From positions 62,001-126,000 of the forward strand of contig JAAILG010000094.1 in the NCBI GenBank assembly GCA_012026655.1: 64,000 bases of DNA, read 5' to 3'. Every line of letters starts with the position of its first letter. Position 1 is the stretch's first letter. Made by a program: the position numbers and the translations under genes. The DNA comes from Hydrolagus affinis. Its lineage: Eukaryota. The notes under the pieces are model-generated. The model was not told where the DNA came from. It saw only the letters and a program-made list of their open reading frames with translations, and did not search any database. This document shows, piece by piece, positions 12,013 through 24,603 of the stretch.

Positions 12013-15000
12013 AGATAGAGGTGGAAAAATAAAAATTTGAAATGACTAATCATGTCCCAAAACATCAACTGACTTTACTCGTTGCTAGCTTTTTTTGTTT
12101 TTGTGAGCAACAAAGTTCAAATAAAGCAAATTAGACTTTTCAGTGACCTGTTTACTTTAGATTATGTGCTGTGGAGGTGATAGCTCCACAGAGCTTCAGC
12201 TAGCAAAAAAAACTTGAAGTCCTTAGGTTCTTATTGACTTGAATGCTGGCTACTTTTACTGTCTCATATTCAAAGGTTACTTCAATCCTGCAAGTCAAGG
12301 CCCTAATAGGTATGGTGGTCTTATCTGAACATGCAGCAGAAAAGTTTCCTAGACAATGTTTTCAATGGAAAGCTAAGTGCTTTTAGCTGGTTGAACTCTT
12401 GCTAATACCTGGGGTACTCAAGCTTTGGATCATGTCAATCATTTCCTAAAACTTTCTGGATTTAGATAAGCAGATGCATCCCTCACGGGAGAAAGTGAGC
12501 ATTCCATTCCAATACGTGAGAATGTACACGTGGAGATGGGATTCATTGAACTCTCAGTTGGATTTAGTGATTGGTTTCCGCACACCCTATCCACTGAACC
12601 AGAGTGAAAAGTACATTGGGTTAGTATTAAAAAAAACACAAGCAGCGAATGATAGAAACATAGGAATACTCAGCAGTAGAAAAGTACATTGAGGCATCCC
12701 CCTCCCCCACACCATATAATATCTCTTATCTTTCAGTTGTTTCTTTCAGCATCAATATAAATATTTCTAGTTTGAATTTGCGGTTTTGTCTGTCTGGCTT
12801 GACAGCCAGCACTGTATATTCAGCATCCGCTGTGTAAAGTAATTAAATCTGTACTGTCTTCTCACCTTCCCTCTTGAGAGCTGGAGTCCAAGACTCCTCA
12901 TGATTATATAAAAGCCACCTTTAATCTTTATCACATTTATGTCTGATCAGAAACCAATGCACAGTTTGACCTAACATGTCCATATGTCGCACAGGGCAAT
13001 GCCCTAGTCATATCATTATTTGGTGCATGCTTGAAGAGAAACCCAATATTTCAACAGTGATCATACACTACAGGTACAGTTCGTTCACTCACATAGAAGA
13101 CCATCACTCACTTGTGCCTGAGGCATTGGTGAGTGATAGGTTGTGCCTGGAGCACCCTTGAGTGATGGGATCTTTCACACTCATTAAATAATTCCTTTGG
13201 CTCAATGTCATCAATGAGATATCCAGTATTTATTGAGGTTGACTATATGACCTGCTGTTTGATCAAATAGTTGATTATTTGGCCCGAAAGCGAATGACTC
13301 AGACAAATGGAAGTAAGTGATTTCTAAAGTGCAGAGGAATAGAGCTTCTTTCAGTGTGGAGACATACTGGCTTTATGTAATTGTCACAATGCTATTGGAA
13401 GGGACTTGTGAGCGTTACTTGTGCTTTTGCATATGTCTACATAATTATAGAAAATCAGTACCGACTCCCTTCATTGCTACTTTTTTCCTTTTCTGAGTGA
13501 TTATCTTTCATCACCCTCCCCACCTCACCCACTCCAGAGTACTCACAGAGCATTTACGCTGTTTCACAGCACATCTCAAACATCATCAGTGAGTTCCCTG
13601 ATATTGAAAAATATCTTTAGCACAATGTAATTATAATACAAAGACCTTTCAATTTCGCAGCAAATTGCAGAACAAAACCAATCAATATTTTGTGGTTTGT
13701 TCTGGTTGCAGAGGTGATGGTGCTACAGGTATTTTTTTTTACACACACACAAAATATCTAATAACCTTCCCAATCCTACAGGGAAAAGAGCAATAGCCAT
13801 TTAAAATAAATAGCCTGCTCTTCATCCATGATTAAGATGCCTTTAGTTGATTGCAGTAACCGTCTGACAGTAACGCTTTCGACAATAGCAATGAAGACAC
13901 ATCATTTAGTTTAACATTTGGATTACTTTATCTGAGACCCAATTTCATTGGTGAAATTGCCAATGCACATTCTAAAGCAGTGATCAGGTACATTCTCTGA
14001 ATCATTAAAACTTCATTTTAAAACAATGTCTATTTATTGGGCTAAAATTTGTGGAACTCCTTAATGTGCTCCTTAAGTTAGTGACCAAGTTAGTTTAAGG
14101 AATGTGTTGTGTTACACTGCAAATTTAATCCTTACTTCTAAAAATACAAGAAAAATGTATCACTGCGGTACATTTCCATTATGTTTTCTTGGCTAACCTT
14201 ATCTTTTGTAGCATGGATGTACAGATGTCACTGAAAGTCACTGAAATCAGACTGTTTGGTACATAGGAGTGAAATAAGTCATGTTTAGTAAAACACTATG
14301 TATTTCACGTTGAATTAAGTGCTGCAAACATCCTGTTGGGGTCTTTTCTGATGCTGGTTCTTTGAATGTAGCAGCAATGGCTAAGGTCCTTGCCAAAGCT
14401 ACAATTATGGAATTGCTGGTGATTAAGTGATTTCAAATACAACTGTAATTTATTACAAAGCCTCTCTGATGAATGTAACGCTGAGGAGCAGGAAATTGTA
14501 ACATTCTTCAATGCTTCATTGACTGAATCAGGGACGTTATGTCCAGCTACCATTTTAATCAAAACACTGAGACTGAACTCAACCCTCCCCTCACAAGTCT
14601 GTTCACCTTTAATTATTCCCCGTCCACTTCCCACTGATATATAACATTCACCGAATGTTAACATTTAACCACAGGTTTGAAATATGAAAGATGACACGTT
14701 TAAATTGTGTGAAGTCAAAACTAATGAATCCTGAATGTGCCAAAGCTGATCCTCTGGAATTTCACCCAGCTGTTTCAGCTCCATGAAGTTGGCATCTCAG
14801 CTGGTTGGTGGTGACACACCATAACTCCGCAGTTCAGACCCCAGAAGTGGACTCAACTCCTCTCAATCTCTCCCCTGTTAATACTCAACAGAAACTCATT
14901 ATTTAGCCTCTTGCAGAAACAATGGCTGTTTAGACAAAGCACCATTGACTGCATTTTACTGGAAAGAGCAAAGGAAAGTTTCTCCTTTTTTATCATTACC

Positions 15001-15134
15001 ATGTAAAATCCACACTTTTTTTTCACATGTGAATAAACATCACCTTCAGATGGAAACTGTTCACCAAAATTGCACACTGCAACCAAGTAAAGCTAAGCTG
15101 GTATAATCCTCTCCATGAGTTGCTTTGAGTAAAT

Positions 15135-15213
15135 CACAGCGCCTTGGGACGTCCTCCTGATGTGAAAGGATGTAATTTTGTTGTTTGTTGTAAAATTTTG
15201 TTGTTTGTTGTAA
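15135..15213 (+). mobile_element. L2 type B tail-only insertion with duplicated tail
   Basis: agcgccttgggacgtcctcctgatgtgaaagg followed by aattttgttgtttgttgtaa x2. Confidence 0.8.
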
Positions 15214-15757
15214 ATGGCTTGAAAGTAGAAGGGAGGAGGATGAACAGAAAAGCCAAAGAACCAAACCTTGTAGCTGCTGCTGGTCAAGATGGAATGACCC
15301 TGAGCAGCACGGAGAGTAAACTCCTCTGAGAGGAAATGCGATATATTGCTTAGCATGAGTGGAATGTACAATTTGATTTGATTTGATTTTTTTTTTCTGT
15401 GTGAGCAATCTGCACACCTGCAAGATAGATATTAGCTTTGTTTATATAAAACTGCTCACATTTTTGAGGGAAGGGCATGAAATGGACTGAATGTGCTTTT
15501 GCTTTGCTTTTTGCATTCACATGAACCAGGTTTTCTTTGTAATATTATACGTTTTTTAACATTGTCTTTTTCAACCCATCCAAAAAATTGTTTGCCCATC
15601 CTCTGTCTCCCCACACAAATGAAGTTGCCACTAGCAGGAATATTATTTTATTTTTACTTAATATTAAAATACATATTTATTTTAAAAATTAACTGTGCGT
15701 TATAACTTTGTTTAAAAATAATCTTTTACAGGTGGTCAGATCTTTGGTATGGCTTTC

Positions 15758-15758
<1 letters not shown>

Positions 15759-15788
<30 letters not shown>

Positions 15789-15804
15789 TGTATGTATGTA
15801 TGTA
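15759..15804 (+). repeat. (TATG)n microsatellite, about 11 units
   Basis: Directly visible. Confidence 0.97.
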
Positions 15805-16333
15805 CATAAAATGTCTATTTATTAGTCTGTATTGGTGTGTTTGTCTTTTTATATATGTGTGTGTTTGGATGTTTCTGATTGTAGATATGTTTCTGCATTG
15901 AATCAACTGCACTTTCAGCCTGAAAATTAAGTTCTTGTAGGAAATATTGGAAAAACCTGCAAGATCGTAAATTTTAAGAAAACATAGCCCTATAAATGTG
16001 AGAAATACTGTGCCTTAGATCCACTTTGTTAACCTCCACTATATATTGTCATTGCCATTCTTGGAAATTATTTTTTATGCATGGGCTGTTTCAGGGTCAT
16101 GAATGATATTTTGGAGCAATGAGTGATTGCTGACTACAAGTCAGTCTATAGTTACTGTCATCCTGTCTCTGGGGAGTGAGCTACTAGTTCCACAATTTGT
16201 CCTGCTAGAGAGACAAGGTAGATGGCAATGGCTTAAATTCACTAAAGCTGTTGAAAATATTTCATGCTGTCTAATTACCTCCATGGTATCTGAAGATGCA
16301 CATGCAAATATACATAAGCCTGATTTTCAAATA

Positions 16334-16781
16334 CAGTGAACCTTCGTCGAACGCGACTTTATCGATTGCGAATTCAAGTATATGTGATGAAAAAAAAGCA
16401 TCACTTTTTTGTGTAACGCGTGTAAAACTTGCGTATACACACTGGCTGGCCCTGTGCACATGCGCACTTGTGAGGACACCGGCAAATCCCAACTAAATCC
16501 GATGATTCCTCGGCTGGCTGGTCCCGCGCGCATGCGCACTTGGGAAAGTACGATGACTCTTCAGCTTCGAAGCATCCTGAGCGAGGAATAGGCCTGCAGC
16601 CCGCCTCAATATGTACCTTGCATTGGTCGGGTGTGGATGTGCCTGGAAGCTTGAGGTGAGTAGCCTGTGGCTGGATTCCCCTAACGCTCCTTTTCCCATT
16701 ACTTGTTAAGCTTTCCCAACGCGATTTTACCGTGTGCAGTTTTCTAGAAATGTAATCCCCGTGATCGACGAGGCTTAACTG
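16334..16781. mobile_element. Tigger/pogo-type (Tc1/mariner) non-autonomous DNA transposon
   Basis: Imperfect TIRs cagtgaaccttcgtcgaacgcg and rc cagttaagcctcgtcgatcacg (17/22); TA on the left (16332-16333), GA on the right; CpG-rich interior. Confidence 0.75.
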
Positions 16782-16813
16782 GAGTACTGAGTCATGAGAG
16801 TGGGGGTGGGGGG

Positions 16814-17130
16814 CAGAGACATTTTTAGGACTGCTAACTACTCGGTGCAATTTTCTTAGGGGGTCCATCACTGATGGTAACTTTAATAAGTGCGTATGCA
16901 CAATTTTATTTCATGCAAAAATTAACTTTCAGCAGGTGCGATGTCTCTTTAGGCAGACTGCCTGCTCCGCCGGGCTGGGGAGAGCTCTGGTTTTCGCTAT
17001 ATAGTATTTAACAAAAGACAAGATTACAGCACACTCAAATCCTCAATTTTTTGCATTACTTTGGGGGCCTGCAATATGAGAGGCCCGTTGGTGTGTTGCA
17101 CCGATTGCACCAACATTAAAAATGCCTCTG
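16814..17130. mobile_element. hAT-type MITE
   Basis: TIRs cagagacattttta and rc cagaggcattttta (13/14); subterminal tcggtgcaa at both ends; degenerate 8-bp flanks gtgggggg / acgggggg. Confidence 0.72.
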
Positions 17131-17149
17131 ACGGGGGGGGCACAGTTTA

Positions 17150-17470
17150 CACATTGCAGTGACGATTCAAAATAGTGCTCGGGGAGATACTGTTTGGCAG
17201 ATGGGATGTTAAACTAAGGTCCTGTCTTCCTGTACCAATAGATGTTAAAAATCCCATTGCACCATTTGAAAAGAGTTTGTGCCCTGGGCAAAACTTCCCA
17301 GATAAAATTAATCATTCACTTTATGACTATTTGCGTGACATCAACTGCCATGTTTGCCCATGAAATAGACAGCCATTATACCTTACGGTAAACCTGTGAA
17401 GCACCTTGAGTTCTTTCAACATTGTGATAAGGCCCACATCAAATGAATCAAATGAAAGGATTATTATTAA
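17150..17470 (+). mobile_element. Deu-domain SINE
   Basis: gatgttaaactaaggtcctgtc...gatgttaaaaatcccattgcaccatttgaaaagag...aaggattattatt tail. Confidence 0.75.
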
Positions 17471-17530
17471 TGTTGACCAGGTTTGCTTGGCCGTAGCTTG
17501 GATACAATAAGTGGACAATTTACCCATACA

Positions 17531-17848
17531 GAACTCATGGAGCTCAGTGATTAGAGCACTTACCTTGTAAATAAGAGACCTGGATTTGATTCTCAGCAAG
17601 GTGAAAGCTTGGGCAAGCTTCCTTACTGCACACGACTGATAACAAACTCTCAAGAAAATAAACAATAATAAATTGGTCACTTCAATCCACGACTGTTTGT
17701 CGGACACTGCTGTGCGCAATTAGCTGCTGCATTTTCCCCCACAAATATACAGTCAATTCACTTGTATTATGTGAAGTGCTTTGAGACGTCTACAAGATGT
17801 GAAAAGCGCTATCTTAAATGCAAGGATTATGATTATTAATATAATAAT
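17531..17848 (+). mobile_element. Near full-length tRNA-headed SINE with L2-type (ATT)n tail (tail type C)
   Basis: A-box agctcagtgattagagc, B-box-like ggatttgattc, body aaattggtcacttcaatccacgactgtttgt, tail gcgctatcttaaatgcaaggattatgattatt. Confidence 0.88.
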
Positions 17849-18384
17849 AAGAGCGGTGTCTTTAAAATAAAGTACTGTTTTTCTATGCATAGCTGTGTAG
17901 TACAATCTTAGTACTGAGCAGCGATCTGACTGTACTTGTGTTTGTCATGGAAACAAAACATGGATGAGATTTCCTTCCCTCCGAGTTTACATCGGACAAG
18001 CAAAATGAGAAGAGGGGACGGGGGTGGAAAATAAGTGACGTCTACAAGCCCTAAACAAAAGGTTGAAATTATTTTTTAAAAAACATCTCATCTCTCTGAA
18101 TAGGATAGTTGAGGATCGAACAAGAGAGGTTCATCATCCCTGGAAGGTAGAACAGCCTCTTGTTGCTGCTATTGATGTTAACACCATTGTGAGCACAGTT
18201 GAAATACCGTTTGCAAATTAACCTTGGATTTTTTTTTGCATCCTATTTATCTTTGATGCAATATTACTGTTTATGTGCTGCTGCTGATGTTAATAGGATT
18301 CCTTTTTACATCGCTACAACTGTATGCGCTTGAATAAGCGCATTTATGCTCGTGCCAATGCCTCCTTGCATCAGGCGCTGGCTG

Positions 18385-19172
18385 CATCAACCTCCATAGT
18401 TCCACATTCAAACTCACCAAGCCAATCAGGAACCCAGGTGTCTTGTTCGATCCTCAACTATCTTTCCTCCCTCACATCAACGCAATGACCCGCTCTGCCT
18501 TTCCCCATCTCTGCAACATTTCCTGACTCCGTCATTACCTCACCCTAAAGCCACTGAAACCCTCATCCATGCCTTCATTACATCCTGGCTTGATTATGCA
18601 AATGCCTTGCTGGTCGGCCTCCCCAATTCCTCCCTCCACAGGCTGCAGTTAATCCAAAACTGTAGCCCGTGTCCTCTATTGTTCCAAACTTTGTGACCCC
18701 CCCATCTCCCCCATCCTTGCCCGACCCAATTTGGCTCCCCATCATCCAGAGAATCCAATTCATTGTCCTGGTCCTCACATACAAAGCCCTCCCAACCTCG
18801 CTCCACCCTACATCCGTGACTTCCTATCACCTCACCACTCTGCCCGCCCCCTCCGCTCAGCAGACTCTGGCTTGCCCCATATCCCCCGACCCACCCGCCC
18901 AATCATTGGCAGGTGAGCCTTCAGTCACTCTGCCCCACAACCTCTGGAATTCCATCCTGAAGTCCCTCCACTTCACACCCTCCCTGGCCTTCTTCAAGTC
19001 TCGCCTCAAGACTCTTCTCTTCGAAGGTCCCATCGGCGACTGCTTCCCCCCGCCCCCCACAACCCCCCACACCCCTGTCCTTAGCTCGGGTCTGAAGCAG
19101 TAACTGTCCAGCCTTGGGACGTCCTCCTGACATGAAAGGCACTATACAAATGTAATTTTCTTGTTGTTGTTG
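18385..19172 (+). mobile_element. L2 LINE 3' fragment (tail type B)
   Basis: Homologous to 11380-12012 (gaaaccctcatccatgccttcattacatcc, tggctccccatc...); tail gaaaggcactatacaaatgtaattttcttgttgttgttg. Confidence 0.92.
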
Positions 19173-20104
19173 GATATACCTATAAGCAGCTGATGATTTT
19201 CTCCAGTTTTTCATTTCCCCAAGATTCCTGGGTGAGTGAGTGTATAAGTTCCCATCGCCATATTTATGTTCAGGGATTGCAGCCTTTTTCCCCCTTTGGT
19301 AATAACCCTTTCTTTACTAATATCTATCTTCTCTACCCACTCTTGTGATTTGCAGCTATCGTGGCTGTGGGATCAGGAACTGTAGCACATTGCTATTTCT
19401 TGAAGACTGCTGAGGATAGCCTGCTTAATAATTTGAGCATGCACCGATTGTTATTTATTATTTGTTGCACTCTGCAGTAGAATTGAATACCACCAAAGAC
19501 ATACTGTAAACGCCCTCATCTGTTTGCTTAAATCTTCTCACACATGCATAACTAGGGTTTTCACACTTGAGTTGGGACCAAGACTGTTGTTTTCAGTCAG
19601 TTTAGTTTCATAGGCATTTTCATTTCATATTCTCAAGACCAGCTCCATGAACCTGAAGCTACTAAATACGTGCATGGAAGCTTCATCTGGAACACTTGAA
19701 CAGAATTGTCTATCAGCCTTTCACCTAAACTTTGCACCTTTTTAAATACTTTTTTGCAAAACATATTTAACAAAGCATATTTAAACATGAAAATAACATA
19801 GTCGAGGTGAAATAATGTAACTTTTGGTTACTTAATCCCTGAAACTACACACAAAAGTATTGATAACAATAATTTGCATTTATGTAGCACCTTTAACACA
19901 TTAGGGTGTTTCAGAGTGCGTTACAAAGACAGAGTCGCATGTCGAGTGATTGGAAAGAAGTAAAAGAGGAGCTTTTAAAATAAAATAGGCACTGTTGAAG
20001 AATTAGGTTTGATGATGGCAAGTGGTTTACGATACGCACAATGAAGGATAGAACAAATTATTCCGTAATTCAGTACCATAGAATTGATATTGAGTATTTG
20101 AAAA

Positions 20105-20210
20105 ATAGTAGAAATTTTACAACACTGAAGACCATTTGGCCTATCGTGTTTGTACAGGCTCTTTTAAGAGAAATCCTTTCAGTTTCATTTACTTGCCCTT
20201 TCTCCATATG
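20105..20210 (-). mobile_element. CR1 3' end, decayed
   Basis: tagaaattttacaacactgaagaccatttggcctatcg... is homologous to 59675-59815. Confidence 0.6.
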
Positions 20211-20681
20211 AGTGATCTATGAGCAAGTTCTATAGGTCTAGAAATAAGGCTGATACTTCATTATCCTATACAGTTTACGTAAACTAAGCCAGGTCTCTGA
20301 TATATGTGGAAACCCTTCACCACACTTAAGAGTATCCAAACCAAACTGGGATTTAGATGCATCCACCTATGCTTGGAAATCCCAGAGATAGTGTAATGTT
20401 ATTTAATCCACAAAATGAAATGTAGATTCACCCAATTAATCAAACTTTACAAGTTAGCTTCTTTCAAGTCAACCTCTTTCACACGCTCTTTCAAATCTGC
20501 AAGTCACTCTTCCCAAAATACTTGCACCATCCATAATCAATTGTCACTTATTTCATTACAGCAAATATGAAACAGATAGATTGTTGAAATGGAATGGGCA
20601 CTCTGTCACTGAAGCCACACATTCTCCTATCTAATTCTAGATAATATAAGGTGCAGAATGGCAAGAGTCAAGGCTTGGAAA

Positions 20682-21121
20682 CCCTATCCCCAGAAGATTG
20701 AATTCAAGATCCTCGTCCTCACCTTCAAGGCCATTCATGGCCTTACCCCCCCCCACCTCTCCGAACTTCTGTCCCACTATGAACCTCCCCACCTCCTCCA
20801 TTCAGCAGACTCCGGCCTGCTCCATGTCCCCGGCCTGACCCGCCCTGCCATCAGTGGACGGGCTTTCAGCCTCTCTGCTCCCACACTCTGGAACTCCATC
20901 CCACAGTCCCTTCACCTCCCTTCACCTCCCTCCCTCCCTCCCTCCCTCTCTTCCTTCAAGGATGGCCTCAAGACCCTCCTCTTCGACCATGCCTTCTGCT
21001 GCCCTCCCAACTCTCTCCCTCCCCTCCCCCTTGCTCGGGACCTGTCCTGACTGTTCAGTGCCTAGGGACGTCCTCCCGATGTGAAAGGTGCTATATAAAT
21101 GTAATTTTGTTGTTGTTGTTG
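20682..21121 (+). mobile_element. L2 LINE 3' fragment (tail type B)
   Basis: PQKIEFKILVLTFKAIHGLTPPHLSELL...GRAFSLSAPTLWNSIP...FKDGLKTLLFD; (ttg)n tail. Confidence 0.92.
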
Positions 21122-21281
21122 AATGTCTTGGGGTAATGCTAGGAAACTTTTCTACTGTTTGTCCACCTGCTGCTTGGCTAACAGGATTAATTGGAGCTGA
21201 ATGGAAAGAATCCTGCCCCCGTCTGATATTTCAAAACCTCCTGAGGATTTCAGCACTTTGGGGTGTCCTTCTAAGATGAAA

Positions 21282-21645
21282 GATAATAATCATAATACTT
21301 GCAGTTGATAAATCACTTTTCATGTCCTTTAGATGTCTCAAAGCCCTGCCCAGAATATACTGTAAAGTCAATTGACTGTATATTTGTGGGGGAAATGTGG
21401 CAGCCAATTGAACACATGGCGTCAGTGTCCCACAAACAGTCATGGATTGATTGACCAATTTTGTTTATTACTATGCCCGGAAAAGTGATCTGCCAATCAT
21501 CAAACAAGCAGGTTCTTATTTACTGCTAGGTAAACAGAGGCGTGCGGAGTAAGAAAACTTGCCCAACATTTTACCCTGGCGGGAATACAAACCCAGGTCA
21601 ATCACTTGGGAGCCAAGTGCTCTAACTACTGAGCTCTGGGCCTCC
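21282..21645 (-). mobile_element. Full-length tRNA-headed SINE (tail type C)
   Basis: Reverse complement of the 17531-17848 family, head ...gtgctctaactactgagctc. Confidence 0.85.
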
Positions 21646-21739
21646 ACTAATAATATTGCTCCAGATGCTATATAAATACAATTTGTTGTTGTTGTTGCTG
21701 AGGCATTGAAAGTAATTTTTAAACAGGAGAAAGTGAGAT

Positions 21740-22170
21740 AATAATAATTAGAATCATGCCTGGATTTGGAATAATGCCTTGCACATCGGGAGGAGGTTCC
21801 AAAGAGTGTTGCAGGATTTATTGTGAAGTGGAGTGACTATATCTCTAGGTATATCTGACAGCCCAATCCCACACATCAATGTCCCATAAACAGCCATGAA
21901 ATTAATCACTAGCTTCACTTTAGAACATTGTTGACCAGGATACCTGGAGAAACTTCCTTCACTTTTTGAAAAACTGCCATTGGATCTTTAATATCCACCT
22001 GAACCACAGATAGAACCTAGGTTTAAGGTTTTATCCCAAAGTTGACACCTCTGATAATGGAAAACACCCAGAACATTACATTCGAATGTACCTTAGACTA
22101 ATACATGGGGCTAGAAACCACAACCTTCTGGCTCAGAGGCGAAAGTGCTAGAGGCGAAAGTGCTACTACT
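21740..22170 (-). mobile_element. Deu-domain SINE, near full length, with a 15-bp tandem duplication in the head
   Basis: gccattggatctttaatatccacctgaac...ggtttaagg; agaggcgaaagtgct x2 (22135-22164). Confidence 0.8.
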
Positions 22171-22229
22171 TCTCTGATAGTCAGTCAGTCAGAGATTTGC
22201 ACATGCTTACAAGGCATTGTAATAGAAAA

Positions 22230-22615
22230 ATAGCACCTGTATTGGGTCGTATACACTAAAATATCTAAAAGCACTTGATAACAATTATTGTCATTTGTAG
22301 TGACTGTTATATGGAGGCAAACATTGTAGGCAGTTTTGCTCACAGCAAGATCTCATAAACAGCTCCAAGGCTGATGAATGTTGAATGCAGTCAATGGTTG
22401 GTCGGGACACCAAGAGAACTTCTTATTTGTTTTCAAATAATGCTGTATGTTCTTTAACATCCACTTGACCAACAGGCAAGCTAGACCTTGGGTTAGAATC
22501 TCTTCCAAAAGGATGATACCTCTAACAATGTAGATCTTGTGAATTCAAAGACACTATTGAAACCACAACTGTCTGATCCAGAAATGAAATTCCTCTCAAA
22601 TAACCCAATCTGACA
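22230..22615 (-). mobile_element. Deu-domain SINE, decayed
   Basis: gggacaccaagagaacttc...ttctttaacatccacttgacc...aggatgatacctctaacaatg. Confidence 0.7.
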
Positions 22616-23504
22616 TCTAATGCTTTCAATATATGTGTCCCCTGTCTCTCTCAATTGTTGAGTGGCCAAAGTCCTACATCTAAAAATAATAATCCTTACA
22701 TTTGATTTAATGTTTTACCATGGGATTGAGACATCTCAAAGTGCTTTGCAGGATTTTACTGTGAATTCTAATGACTGTGTATTTGTAAGCAAACACCCAC
22801 AATGTATCTCTAAAATTTAAATTGTGTTCAATTCACTTGGATAATATCATTCCATTTGTTACATTTTTATTAGAGCTCAAACTCGCAATGCTAATATTAG
22901 TAATAATAATATAACAATCCTTAGATTGTGTGTGTCCAGGAAGAGCTAGACACCAAACCTTGCCATATTCACCATCAATTACTTCATTTCTGTTACTTCA
23001 GTTACGTACAGCAGACTTTGAGAGTACAGTACTACCACTGCTGTAGGCCATCTGAATGTGATAGATTGATGGCTGCTGTCAGGGAGAAAGAACTAGCTCT
23101 GCCCACAGAGTTAACACCTTGTGTAATAAATGGGATATTATGCTTGTGTGTATGACATTCATTCATCTGGGTTGTTCAAAATGCTCATTGAATAAAGAAC
23201 GCACGTCTCATGGGTGACAGTGAGTTCGGGATTTTTAAATAACGCCTATTCACATAATGAACGTCTCAAAGTACTTGACAAATGTAGTAGAGCATACTAA
23301 GCAGGGCAGTAAGAGATTTATAGATGTTGACTAAAGGCATGGTCAAAGTGATATGCTATTAAGAGGCTTTTTGATAGCAGGGGAAAAAAATTGGAAAAAC
23401 AATTCCAAAGGACCATAGAATCTAGAAATCTGTGACACACTAGGCGGTTATTGGAACCAATATCTGCATGAATATCAGTGATTACTCCAATGATAAATAA
23501 TAGC

Positions 23505-23790
23505 AATAATGTACTGTATTTACATTTGAGATAGAGTCTTATTACATTGTCAATGTCTAAAGTGCTGCACAGCCTTTTAATTGTGAAATGTAATGACTGT
23601 GATGTTTGAACACAGCAACTAATTTACTCACAATGCCCCATAAAAAGCTACAAAGTAAGTGACTGATTTTATTTGGGCGATTGTTGGCTAGGTTATTAAG
23701 AGAAACTCCCAAAGGAAGGCACCTCTAACAATGCAACACACCTCTGCATTGCACATGAGTGTCAGCTTAGACTGTGAGTCCTGACATGGA
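23505..23790 (-). mobile_element. Deu-domain SINE, decayed and internally deleted
   Basis: Tail rc plus ggcacctctaacaatgcaacacacctctgcattgcacatgagtgtcagcttagac. Confidence 0.6.
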
Positions 23791-24603
23791 TAAAATCTTC
23801 AAAATAAGGATAAGGTCTTAACGATATAGTGTTTTAATCTATTAAATATGCAACATGCATTAGGGTCGATTTCCACTGAGCTACATTAATGCTGGCTAAT
23901 GATATGTTAAGTCTTTAAAAAGATCCTGATGCACTTTCGTCTAAGTTACTTCAAAGCAATGTTTCATGCTTAATACTTGCCTCCATTGCTACCATGACAA
24001 CAGAACCACTCGCCTGACTTTGCCCTCTCACTGCAAGCAATATTTTTCTCTCACACACATTCAGCTTATATGCTATTTGGTTAGACCCAATGACTGGATA
24101 AATATTCCAGCCAACAGAACACTAGAAAATGCCCTCACCACTCAAAGCAAGCACCAATTCTTGCTTCTGCGACAAATGACACAGTACTCTGTCTGATGTG
24201 ACTTAAGTTGCTTGCATTGATTTCTCTGTAATTAGCTTAATTGAAAGATCTTTAATAGCCTTGCAATTCATGTTCGAAATGTGTGGTGTTGTTTGACTGA
24301 AGACCTTTCTGTTAGTTGTGCTACAGCATACGTTATGACGCAGTGCACTGGGCTTTGTGTCGTTTTTCAGAGAAAAAAGCACATGCAAGTAGAATAATAG
24401 GTACTGTCATCAATTTTTCATTAAGAATATTCAGAAAAGAGCTTGATATCATTGAGATGACTGTATACTCCCCTATACAGACCTGTTGCATTAACGGTCA
24501 TGATCCTTTCATCTCTCTGACCCTGTGTTTCAGCAACTACACCAAACCTCTGAATCTCCCTCCCTGTATCTCACACTCTGTCTATTTGTTTAAAAATCTT
24601 GCC

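Noticed and set aside
12590-12619. Similarity of PLNQSEKYIG to a short CATSPERG motif as I recall it
   Set aside because: Only a few residues match, the rest of the exon does not, and no following exon was found; no gene symbol assigned
16400-16700. CpG-island promoter of a host gene
   Set aside because: The CpG-rich patch is bounded by Tigger-like TIRs, so it is called a transposon; promoter activity is kept only as a hypothesis
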